From Gekko japonicus (lineage: Eukaryota), in contig NW_015172562.1 in NCBI RefSeq assembly GCF_001447785.1, positions 740,861 through 804,860 on the forward strand: a stretch of 64,000 nucleotides of DNA, written 5' to 3'. The position numbers and the translations under genes are program-made. Below are positions 11,301 through 21,432 of the stretch, one piece after another (the first letter of the stretch is position 1; every line of letters begins with the position of its first letter). Under the pieces are notes generated by a model that saw nothing but the letters and a program-made list of their open reading frames with translations, did not search any database and had not been told where the DNA came from.

Positions 11301-14300
11301 CAGAATAATCCATCAGGATGGTTACTCCTTAGAGGAGTGCTTGGAGTTTATCTCTGTAATCTACAGCAATACTTTGCAGTCCATACTGACCATTGTGAGG
11401 GCCATGGACACACTCCATATCCAGTATGGAGACCCAGCTAGAAAGGTAGGTAAAAAAAGAAATGGATATTGTTATTACTTTTGCACTTTAAAAAGGTGCT
11501 GTGTAATATAAAAACACATAATTTTAAAAGTAGACTAAAAACAACACAACCCTACCTTAGGGTTATAGTCTAAACAAACAGAAACATGAACACATGAAGT
11601 TGCTGTAGTCTGAGTCAAACCACTGATCTATCAAGGTCAGTATTGTCTACTTTGACTGGAAGCTCTCCAGTTAGGAGTCTTTCACGTTACCTACTACCTG
11701 GCCCTTTTTGGTAGAGATGCTGGGTATTATTAAACCTAGGACCTTCTGCATGTAAAGCAGTTCCTCAACCACAGGGCCATGGCGTCATCTCAAATTATGA
11801 GGGGAAGGAATGAGGAAGTGGTAAGCAATTTATATAATTTCTAGGAATAAGGTCCATTGTGGAAATAAATACGAGCTCTAGAAAGAGGCTCTGGGTGGAT
11901 GCCCCGGCCTTGGGCACTCAGCATCAATTTTCCATGGCGACCTCAGCAGAGTCCACTGTTTTCTCCAAGGGAACTGCCATCCGGAGAGCAGTTGTAATTC
12001 TGAGTGATCTCCAGCCTTCACCTGGAGATTGGCAAAAACAGTTCCCCAGGAGGAAATTACTTGTTTGGAGGGTGGAGTCTATGGCATGGTACCTTTCTGA
12101 GGTCCCACCCCTCCTCAAACCCCACCATCTCCAGGCTCCCCCCTCAAATCTCCAGAAATTTCCCAACCTGGAGTTGGCAACCCTATCTCCTTCCCAGCCA
12201 ACTATCAACCTACCTTTATCTGCCCCTCTGACTTCAGCTTTCCATCTCCTCCCCCCTCCCTGCAGCCTCTATCTAGGAAAAGAACAGTCTTTCTCCACAG
12301 TGGGGACCAAAGCAGCTAACATCATTCTCATCTCCCCCTTTCAATCTGCACAACAACCCTGTGAGGTAGGTTAGGCTGAAAGTCTGTGAGTGGTCTGAAA
12401 TCACCCACTCAGCTTCCACAGCAAGAACCTGGGTCTGGCACACCCTGCCCTGAAGCACTAACTGCTGCGTCACACTAGCTGTCATGGGGGGGGGCCACCT
12501 CAGCAGGATATAATGAGACAGAGTACATCATTTTCTCCAGGGGGACTGATCTCTGCCATCTGGAGAGCAGTTGTAATTCTGAGTGATCTCCAGCCCTCAC
12601 CTGGAGATTGGCAACAATGGTTTCCCAGGAGGAACAGTACAGTCTTTCTCCACAGTGGGTACTAAAGCAGCTTACATCATTCTCCCCTCCCCCTTTTGAT
12701 CTGCACAACAACCCTGTGAGGTAGGTTAGGCTGAAAGTCTGTGAGTGGTCTGAAATCACCCACTCAGCTTCCACAGCAAGAATCTGGGTCTGGCAGACTC
12801 TGCTCTTAAGTGCTAGCTGCTATGCCACACTGGCTGTCTTAGTTGAGAGCCAGTTTGGAATAGTGGTTAAGAGCATGGACTCTAATCTGAGAGAACCAGG
12901 TTTGATTCCCCACTCCTCCACAGGCAGCTGCTGGTGTGACCTTGGGTCAGTTATAAGTTCTCTCAAGGGCAATTCTCAAGAGAGCTCTCTCAGCCCCACC
13001 TACTTCACAGGGTGTCTGTTGTGGGGAGGGGAAGGGATTGTAAGCCGCTCTGAGACGCCTTCAGGTAGTGAAGGGCTGGGTATAAATCCAATCTCCTCCT
13101 CCTCTTCTTCATATTTAATTTAAATATTAAAAAAATAGAGCGGCTGCTGGAGGTGTCATCAAGACACCCAGAGGGCGCTGCCAGGCTTTGGGTAGCCAAC
13201 CTCCAAGTGGAGCCTGAAGATTGTCTGGTATCACAACTGAACTCCAGACAACAGATCTCTCTCCCCCTGGAGAAAATAACTGCTTTGGAGGGCGGAAGCA
13301 GAATACACAGAAGGAATATGAAGTGCAGTATGATGAGGAATCTTTCCGTGGTCAGCCTCAGATGGTGAAGTGAAACCCAACTCCTGTTTCAATTGTAGGA
13401 TGATTCCTGCAAACTGCTGCACTTAGCTGACACCAGTGAAGAGGGCACCATGCCTCCGGAGATGTCTGACATCATCTGCCGCCTCTGGAAGGACACGGGC
13501 ATCCAGGCCTGTTTTGTGAGGGCCTCGGAATACCAGCTGAATGACTCAGCTAGCTAGTAGGAACCTTCTGCTTGTACCCCTTGAGAGACAGAGAGAGAGG
13601 GTCTCCAAAATAATTTAAGGGTGCGCAAGATGATCCCTAGTACTGTGTACTATTTGGAGAAATACATCTGTCCCCACTTTCCGCAGCTTTTGATGCACCT
13701 TTAGGAAATGTTTTAGAATCTGTATGCCTCTACCTGCAATTTTGGTAGACAGGGAACACCTCTGTCCCCATGAGCTGATGCAGCAGTGTATTAGGCCAAA
13801 AGAGAATGACCTTGTAATTGGATACTGTTTTGAAGTTTGCACCCAGGGTGGCTGTAAGGTGAAGGTGAGTCCAGGAAGGAACAGGCCAAAATCAGGTACT
13901 CTGCTGACCTGGATCTATGAGCAGAGTGACAGAGGAGGGCTCACGTTGCTCCTCTGCCTTCCTTTCTGAGGGTGGTGTTGGCTGGACACATGTAGCATTT
14001 CTCTCCCCTTACCCTTGAAGTGCATTGTAGAAGCACTCTTCTAGAACACACAGTCTGCCACTTACTTTATCAAACAGACTAGGGGACAGGACATTTGACT
14101 AGCCTCTCCGAAGGCTTGAGGTAACTCACATTGTAGGTTCTACATCTTCCTATCTTCAGTTACCTGAGTGACCTGCCACGGCTGGTGACACTTGGATACA
14201 TCCCTACAGAGCAGGATATTCTACGCTCCAGGGTCAAGACTATGGGCATCATTGAAACTCAGTTTTCCTTCAAGGATCTCAATTTCAGGTATCACAGAGT

Positions 14301-17300
14301 TGCAATAGCTGGGCAATCTGCCACACATTTGTAAAGAGGGAAGATCATACACGGCATGCCGGGAAGCAAAAAGATGGGGGGATACATACACTATAACATT
14401 CTAGGTAAAAATGATAGTGACTAGATCACAAAATGCTTCCTGGCTATTTTCTTTTTAAAATATATTAATTTAGCTCTATTAGTAAGCCATTGGACATCTT
14501 AAACTGGCAAAGAATTATTCACTTGTCTACTATATACTTTTTGTGTGGAAAGATGTCACCATGGAGGAAGGTGAGGCACAGGAAGTTGGTAGAGGCCTGG
14601 TGAGGGAACGGAGGCAGTGTGGAAGATGCTGGAGCTGGTTGCACTCTACAGGGAAAACAACGGAATGAAAAGGATTGGTAATGTTTGCATGCTGGTGAAT
14701 TGGAAGGAGAGCATGGTGGCCCAGATACAAAGAGGAGGACAATAAGCTTGATAGCTCCCGATTTGAAATTTGGGACAGGCATTGTTGTCATAGTTCTGTT
14801 GCTTTGTGATATGAGAAACCACCCTTCTGAAACTTTGACCTGTTCTGCTGCTGTTACTAGGAACTGGCAAACCCAGTTCCGCTTAGGAAAGTTTTCATAG
14901 ATCAGACGCCACTTTATAAGATGCAATGGACAGCAACTGAGGAACAAACAAAAATCATATGTAACACTAAATATACAGCTAATGCTCAGATGACAACTGC
15001 ATGTCTAGTTTTCCTCTCCGGTACATCCAGAAGGCCTTCCCTTGTGTTGGGATGTCATGACATTCCTGACTCACCCATTGCTGCTTGCCAGTGATGTACA
15101 GCAGGGACAGAGTAATGTGGTACGTTATGCCGTCACAAACCAGGTATGTTGTAGTTGACATTACATAAGGGAACACATGAAGTAGATGTAAGTTGCCCAG
15201 GGAACCACTGTGAGACTCCCCACTGTGTCTCATGTACTGCTGATTTAAATCCCACTTTTCTCCTGATTTGTATTCCAGACAACTGTTTCCTGCCTCTTCC
15301 ATGTTCATATTTATGGCTCAGTCCTCAGTACACCATTTGAAATGAGAAACCAGGCAGAGCCCCAGAGGAAGCATGACTAATGGACAGAGTTTGACATAGA
15401 ATTATTGGGCTGGTATAGGATAAAAGGCAAGGGAAGGTGGAGAAAGTCAATGTTGGCCTTCCCTGACATTTCATAGATGCATCTATCAAGTGGCTCATTT
15501 AGTTGCTGCTGAATTAGCAGTTTGATAACTTCTACTTGTGAGGATTTAGCACCCTCTAAGGATACAAAGTGGAAGTGCAAGAACTCCAATCTGTGAAGGA
15601 GGCTTTGGTCTGCTCTTATTTAAAAACTAATTTCAATAGTCCCTCACCCCCAAGATAGTGAACTCCTCATCAAGCACTTGCTTCTTGCTGGTACATCTTT
15701 CTTCTTCCTCCTGTGACTTTTAGTCTAGGGACAAGAGTCATACAAACGTCTCTTATACAATACAGCTAGCCCGGGCCTTACTTTTTCCCATCTCAGATCA
15801 GGGGATGGATTATAGAACTCCAGTTAGAGGGGTTTTTGGAAAAAAATACCTTCCATTAATTCCTCACAGGCTGCATGTTGCAAAGGAACAGCCAGAGCAA
15901 CAATTCAGTACAACTAGAAGCCTGCAGAAAAAAGAAATGCCTGGCTAGCTCAAACATTCCAGTAATGCACTCTTCCCTTCTGTCTTACTGAATCTTTGCC
16001 CCGTCATCCTTTGTTCACCTCCATGTTACCGCCACTTGTAATTTTGTAACTTGGCCACACAACCTAGAGCTCCAGTCATCCTTGAATCTCTGCAGTGTGC
16101 AGCCTTGAGTGCTAAAAGCTCCCCCCCCCGAGACCCCCTTCCTCATTAGCCCATATTGCCTCAGTTCTTTTTCTTCTGCTTTCCCCCTCATACTTCCTTT
16201 AGCTACCCTTCCGCCAAGATCCTCTCAATTCACTGCCTACTTTGTACCCTCCCACAATGCTTCTGGTTTCCCCATTCCTTATCTCCCTTAGCTCCTCAGG
16301 ACCTAATAGCGGTCACTGGCTTGCTCCTATAAAGCTACTCCTGCACTCTAGAAGGTTCTACTCCTTGCCAAACTTCCCTTCTCTATCTGAAGGCAGACTG
16401 CAAGTACGCTTGAAATATTTTGCTTTGAGCAATTGGAACAGTTATGAACCAAATTGGTCAATTATCATTGAAAAGCTGCATCGTCACAAGTGCGATACAC
16501 TACTGCTCTAACAGTGAAAATAGCTTGGATTCTATGCCTTTTCTCCCTGCATGCTTCTCTCTTGATGTTGCAGATGCTGTCCTCTACCAAGCCCATTTCC
16601 TCTAGCCCTAGGCAGAACTTCTGTATTCCTTAGACCACTGTCTGATCTGCAAACTGTCTTTCCAGCACCTGGGAGAAATGCATGTGGAGGATCCAGGGAT
16701 CCAAGCCATAGGAGTGGTTGTGAGTTCAGCAGAGCTGCAATGTGAGGTTCTAATCCGTAAGAACCACAACTCTAGAATCAAGAGTTAGAACTCCACTGCT
16801 TTGCCTCCATTTGAGTGGAATGCACCTTATTCATAACTACCAGCCTCTGTTACAGTATAACCAATGTTTGTCCTTAGATTTATGGACCTCCAAAGGAAAA
16901 TCACTGTTCATGAGTTGGGTCTGCTCACAACATTATCTTGGTAAGGTTCCAGCCTGCATCTGCACTGAAAGATCAGTCTCTAGGTTATGTGGCATTTGCC
17001 AAGGTGAGACTTCTTGGCACAGAATAGGCAAACATGAAGTCATAAGCAAATCTCCTGAACCTCTGGCCAATAGCCTCTTCGTGCTTGGTTTAACTGGCTC
17101 TTCAAATCTGCACTATCTGCCAGATATCTGGTAGACATATCCAAAGCTTTAAGTTTTTCATTTTTTATGTTTGCAAAAATCTCACTGTTACTTAGTGGTT
17201 TTAACAGAACTTGTTTCATGTTGGTTTAATTTCTATTGGTTTTAATAGGAAGCATATTTCTAATTATAATGTTTTTGTTTCCCATCCAACTTGGCTGAAG

Positions 17301-20300
17301 TTTTAAGGGATTGTACCTCTCTGCCATATTTCAAGCAGATGGGAGACAGGCCCCCATTTTAATAGGCAATTTAAAAGAGACAAAGACCTGTTTTGACAAT
17401 TGAATGAATGTTTCCTATATGCCAGTTTCATATCTTCTGTTCCCACTTGACTCTCCCCCTCTGAGCACATATACAAGAAACAAAGAATCTGTTTTAAGTT
17501 GACAACAAATTACTTCCTATTTACTTCAGTGACTGATTGTTTCCTGTTTACTGCTTCTCAATCTTTTGCCTAAGATCATCATGTGTGTAGTGTATGTTGA
17601 TGACTGCTTGATCAAATCCTGTCTCCCCACATTCCATCTTAATTAAATACTTCGCTTTCTTGATGCTACAGCATCCTTTGTTTTACACAAACCTTTTAAA
17701 ATCTGCCTATAAAAGAAGAACTGTTTCTCCCATCTTTTTGAAATTTGGCATGGAAAATCTTTTGTGTGACAGGTAAACACCCACAGAACTTAATCCTAAT
17801 TGGATGGAACACAAGTGGACTAGTTCATTTGTTTTGATTAGCATTTGTTTCCCAAAACAATGCATAGCTTTGCTTTGAAACAAATGCATAGTTCTGATGG
17901 ATTTGCTTTGAAGCAAATGCGTATCCATGAATACATGAAGGTGCCTTGTGAAGTCATTCTCCCTTTACTTACTGTTTACAGAAAAATTTAAATGCATGAA
18001 ATTACTGTAGCAGTAGATGCCATGGATAATCCAGCACAACTCTATAGACATGATAAATGAGACAAAGACTTATGGAATCAAATAAATGATCTTCAGTCCA
18101 GTATGATAATATTGATGGGAAGGAACGATGCCCAAGGTACTGAGCCACTAGGGACCTTAGCAGGCATCACTAAGCAAGGCTGTTCAGTGTGGCCCCTCTT
18201 TAACTTACTGGCAGGATGTTTGATGTGGGGGGCCAGCGCTCAGAACGTAAGAAGTGGATTCACTGTTTCGAGGGAGTCACCTGCATCATCTTCATCGCTG
18301 CCCTCAGCACTTACGACATGGTCCTAGTGGAGGACGATAAAGTGGTAAGCAGTACCCCAAGAAATCTGACCCTTTAGAAATGGCTGGCAGAATTTAGTAA
18401 ATAGCCCAAATCAGCTTATACTGTAAGCTGGTCAGTCTCCTGTTTCAGGAGACCAAATGTAATGTTGCAGGGGCGTGATTCAGGCAATGGGTGAGAAGAG
18501 GTATTTTTTTACAAGATCTGTACAGGTTTAGCCACCAAGTCAATAATCACAGATTGTTCCCTGATAAGAGTTGAAAAGAAGGATCCTGTTTCTATCAGCT
18601 CTCACAGTAGGAGCTCTGAGCTCTGAGCAAGCACAGGCCAGCTACAACAGCAGCAAACTTAACTAGGAATCAAAGCAACTTTGGCTGCGGTCACACGGAA
18701 CATTAGCCACACTACAGAGACGGAAAATAGGCGGATTTTCCGGGCGCGATCACAGCGCCACATCTGGGAAGCGTAGAGCTTCCATGCCGAACCTGAGGTT
18801 TCCTGCCGAAGATGCGGGGTAAAAAACTAGTACCTTCGAGGTACTAGTTTCTGGAAACCGCGGGGCAAGGGCGGGCGCCTGATCACATTTCCGGTGGAAT
18901 CCTGTGGCATCCGGCGCCCGCCCATATCCCGTCGTGAACAGGTTCCCCCCCCCAAGTCTCCACAGGATGCGCACAAGCGCCCAACGGCGCATGCGGACAA
19001 AGAGGCCCCCTCCCACTGCAGCCAGGCTTGCCGCCTCTGAAGGGTCGCTATGGCCACTGTCGCACAGGCGGTTAGAGTGGCTGTGATGAGGGGGTCCACC
19101 TCCCCCTCCATTTGCTATGCCTCAGAGTTCTGTTGGGGTACGGAAGCGTCTGTCGGCCTCTCTGGTAAGCCTTCAGATGTGCAGATACGATTGCTCAGTC
19201 ATGCGTATACACAAACTTCAGTTTTTTAAAAAAATCCAACCCGTTTGCCACAGAAGCGGCGCCTAGCGATTGCTGGTGTGATTGCGCCGCACCACTTCTT
19301 TGCCTCGCTGCAGGATCATCGTGTGATCGGCACCTGCCCCCTAACCACGGGACCTCCACGGGACGTCTGATCGCGCAGCCGCGCATTATTTTCCTCCGGG
19401 GCAAACAGCCACGCTTCCCCCCCGCCCGCATTTTCCGGCCCGTATGACCGGGGCCATTATTAGATAGAAAGCAAAACTCAATGCCTGTGACTTTTAAGAG
19501 TTGTATACAGAAGGGGACATCTATCTGTTGGAAGATACAGGAATTTTATTTCTTATTAAGTTTGGCCATGCTGGATTAGGGTACTGGGTCAAACTGAAAA
19601 GGGCCCCTTTTGGTCCCATTTCTCTTCTCAGAATCGCATGCATGAGAGTCTGCACCTGTTCAACAGCATCTGTAACCACCGATACTTTGCTACCACTTCC
19701 ATTGTTCTTTTCCTCAATAAGAAAGATGTATTTCAGGAAAAGATCAAGAAGGCTCATCTCAGCATCTGCTTTCCTGATTATGACGGTGAGTTCCCCGCAT
19801 TCCATATTTATATGTAGGAATAGAATTTAAGACATTTCCTATGGTCAGTTGTGCAGCGAACAAAAAATATGGGAACGCTGGCAGAGAGAGAGGCAGTGGT
19901 GTTTATTTGTCAGCCTGAACAAATGTTGCTGATACTTGAACACCAGATGGCATCACACCAGATGGCATCACAATAAGAGATCTATAACACCATCATTAAG
20001 GATCTCCCTTTTTATCTGTGCAAGATTTCCCCCACTACTGTCTCTCTATGGGACAAGATCAATACCTATGCTGCTAATAAAAGGGGAGATTGTCCAAAGA
20101 AAACCTTGGAATATATAATCATTTGTATAATCTACCTCTGTCACTGGGAATGCAGAACAGCGATTTGAATACTTTCATTACTAACTCACCCCTTCATTGT
20201 CTTGTTGAGACACTGCTGAACTGTTCAACACAACCTGTATTTGCTTGAAGGGATGAGGGTGATGCTGCAATAATCAGGTGATTAGCAGAAAGATCAGTTG

Positions 20301-21171
20301 ACAGGAACAGGAAGAGCTGGGCCTGTTGTACTACAGGAAGAAGTATGTTTTGCCCTGTCCAGTTAAGTGTATGGAGAAGACATGTTTATTATTTATTCCC
20401 TTGGTGGGTGAACAACTTGTCTTCTGTACCTTCCCATCCTATCGCACCAATCGATGAAAGCTTTTGCAGTGAGAAGGCTGCATTCACTTCCTTTGTGAAA
20501 ACACCCATGTGTATCTGAAGAAGTGTTCATGGACACAAAGACTCATACCTTGAATAAAACTTTGGTCTTAAAGGTGCCACTGGACTCAAACTTGAGTCTA
20601 CCCAAGTATAACAATCAGAGTTTGGAAAACCAGCCACCAGGGGTCCTCAGTGCTCTATGGGAAAATGCTAGCTTTCTGCCACGTAAACCAGAATTTAGCA
20701 TCTCCAGCTCGCTTTGCATTTTTAGGCTTCAAAATGGTTTTCCTCCTCTTGTCAAACACACGCAGTTCAAATGGAGTAAAATTTGGGATGGTCACGGCAT
20801 AAACTAGGCATTAAATGGCAGACAGGGGCAAGGCTCCTGACTTTTTAAACCTAATATGAAAAACTGCTGAGAGTGAATGAGCCCTGAAGCAGGAGGGGCT
20901 TTGTGTGGGGAAAGGGGTGGTGTCACAGCTTGGCCACTCAGAGAAGCCACTCCTTGATGCCAGCATCCACATCTATGCAGGGCCAAATACGTATGAGGAT
21001 GCAGGTGCCTACATCAAGGCCCAGTTCCTGGAGCTGAACGTGAGGCGGGATGTCAAGGAAATCTACTCACACATGACCTGTGCAACCGACACACAGAATG
21101 TCAAGTTTGTCTTTGATGCAGTCACTGACATAATCATCAAAGAGAACCTCAAGGATTGCGGCCTCTTCTGA
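3998..21171 (+). CDS. GNAT1: Rod transducin alpha subunit, complete spliced CDS join(3998..4100,10861..10903,11304..11445,13399..13556,14160..14288,18215..18344,19632..19785,20981..21171), 349 aa
   Basis: Eight GT-AG exons of 103/43/142/158/129/130/154/191 nt sum to 1050 nt with no internal stop. GNAT1-diagnostic peptides: [78 protein letters not shown]. Confidence 0.96.
4445..4487. other. Assembly gap (others at about 50106-50119, 55557-55585 and 60167-60178)
   Basis: Runs of N; all are intronic. Confidence 0.98.
5183..5385 (+). mobile_element. tRNA-derived SINE, degraded, with L2-like tail
   Basis: A box TGGTGTCGTGG and B box GGTTCAAACTC; similar to 12843-13112. Confidence 0.6.
6045..6495 (+). 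mobile_element. CR1 LINE 3' fragment
   Basis: End of ORF2 ([18 protein letters not shown]-like region) and CR1 3'UTR GGACCACTGGTCTCATCCAGCAGGGCTCTT; homologous to 39700-40110. Confidence 0.8.
6797..7353. mobile_element. CpG-rich palindromic hAT MITE B nested in A
   Basis: TIRs TAGGGCTGCCAAGT...ACTTGGCAACCCTA; perfect 8-bp TSD TAATGCAG (6789-6796 and 7354-7361). Confidence 0.85.
6825..7030 (-). mobile_element. 206-bp hAT MITE C nested in B
   Basis: TIRs CAATGTTCCCTCTAAGCTG/CAGCTTAGAGGGAACACTG; flanking GTGGCG duplication; opposite orientation to the copies at 39333, 42567 and 47560. Confidence 0.88.
8312..8343. repeat. (GT)n microsatellite
   Basis: Seen directly. Confidence 0.95.
10861..10903 (+). 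CDS. GNAT1: GNAT1 exon 2 (P-loop [15 protein letters not shown])
   Basis: Acceptor ttttttgttctaacag; 43 nt; donor GTAAGT. Confidence 0.96.
11304..11445 (+). CDS. GNAT1: GNAT1 exon 3 ([47 protein letters not shown])
   Basis: Acceptor ttaacttccacag; 142 nt; donor AAG|GTAGGT. Confidence 0.96.
11580..11780 (-). mobile_element. Squam3-like tRNA-derived SINE with CR1-type tail
   Basis: Reverse complement matches the copy at 61610-61824. Confidence 0.65.
12843..13112 (+). mobile_element. tRNA-derived SINE with L2-like 3' end and (CCT/CTT)n tail
   Basis: A/B boxes (TGGAATAGTGG; GGTTTGATTCC), GTGACCTTGGG core, tail GTATAAATCCAATCTCCTCC. Reverse 3' fragments at 31960-32092 and 63838-63915. Confidence 0.75.
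13399..13556 (+). CDS. GNAT1: GNAT1 exon 4 ([53 protein letters not shown])
   Basis: Acceptor tttcaattgtag; 158 nt; donor CTA|GTAGGA. Confidence 0.94.
14160..14288 (+). CDS. GNAT1: GNAT1 exon 5 ([43 protein letters not shown])
   Basis: Acceptor cttcctatcttcag; 129 nt; donor CAG|GTATCA; contains Switch I. Confidence 0.95.
18215..18344 (+). CDS. GNAT1: GNAT1 exon 6 ([43 protein letters not shown])
   Basis: Acceptor taacttactggcag; 130 nt; donor GTAAGC; G3 motif DVGGQ. Confidence 0.96.
18683..19455. mobile_element. CpG-rich non-autonomous DNA transposon (PIF/Harbinger-like) in GNAT1 intron 6
   Basis: Imperfect TIRs GGCTGCGGTCACACGG/CCGTATGACCGGGGCC; abrupt CpG-rich composition; TSD not clean. 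Confidence 0.6.
19632..19785 (+). CDS. GNAT1: GNAT1 exon 7 ([52 protein letters not shown])
   Basis: Acceptor ttttctcttctcag; 154 nt; donor GTGAGT; G4 motif NKKD. Confidence 0.96.
20511..20590 (+). mobile_element. Penelope-like terminal repeat remnant (degenerate hammerhead)
   Basis: GTATCTGAAGAAGTG...CACAAAGACTCATACCTTGAATAAAAC...GGTCTTAAAGGTGCCACTGGACTC. Confidence 0.6.
20981..21171 (+). CDS. GNAT1: GNAT1 exon 8 coding part (PNTYEDAG...[31 protein letters not shown])
   Basis: Acceptor atctatgcag; 191 nt to TGA; matches ORF 20905..21171. Probable donor CAG|GTGAGA at 21213, 41 nt after the stop. Confidence 0.96.
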
Positions 21172-21432
21172 CGGCAGTCACTCTGGTTCCTAGGCTGGCT
21201 GCCTAAGTCCAGGTGAGATGGGGAACACTGGGAAACAAAAATGACAAATCAGTCCATCCTGCTTTATTACACTTGCTCAAAGGTTGCTCAAAGGTAGCCT
21301 ATTTTATTGTTAGTTTGTATAGAAACACATATGGCATCGCTAGGGGACCACTTTTTGGGGTTGGGGTTGAGGTTGAAGTACTGGCCCACTACCAAAATGG
21401 CTGTCCTAAAAAAATTAGCTGCTGATCAAGAC

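Noticed and set aside
13555-13560. Apparent in-frame TAG TAG at the end of GNAT1 exon 4
   Set aside because: This is the normal phase-2 junction TA|gt; splicing to exon 5 yields TAT (Tyr).
19501-19830. ORFs 19501..19830 (+) and 19521..19805 (-), and similarly 27042..27251 (+) and 31448..31663 (+)
   Set aside because: They are off-frame or antisense shadows of real G-alpha exons.
3998-21171. Calling GNAT1 a pseudogene
   Set aside because: There is no premature stop, frameshift or lost GT/AG in any exon. Loss of function cannot be shown from sequence alone.
3998-21171. Assignment as cone transducin GNAT2 or gustducin GNAT3
   Set aside because: The short N-terminus ([12 protein letters not shown]) and the [18 protein letters not shown] and [14 protein letters not shown] motifs are GNAT1-type, and the neighbour is GNAI2.
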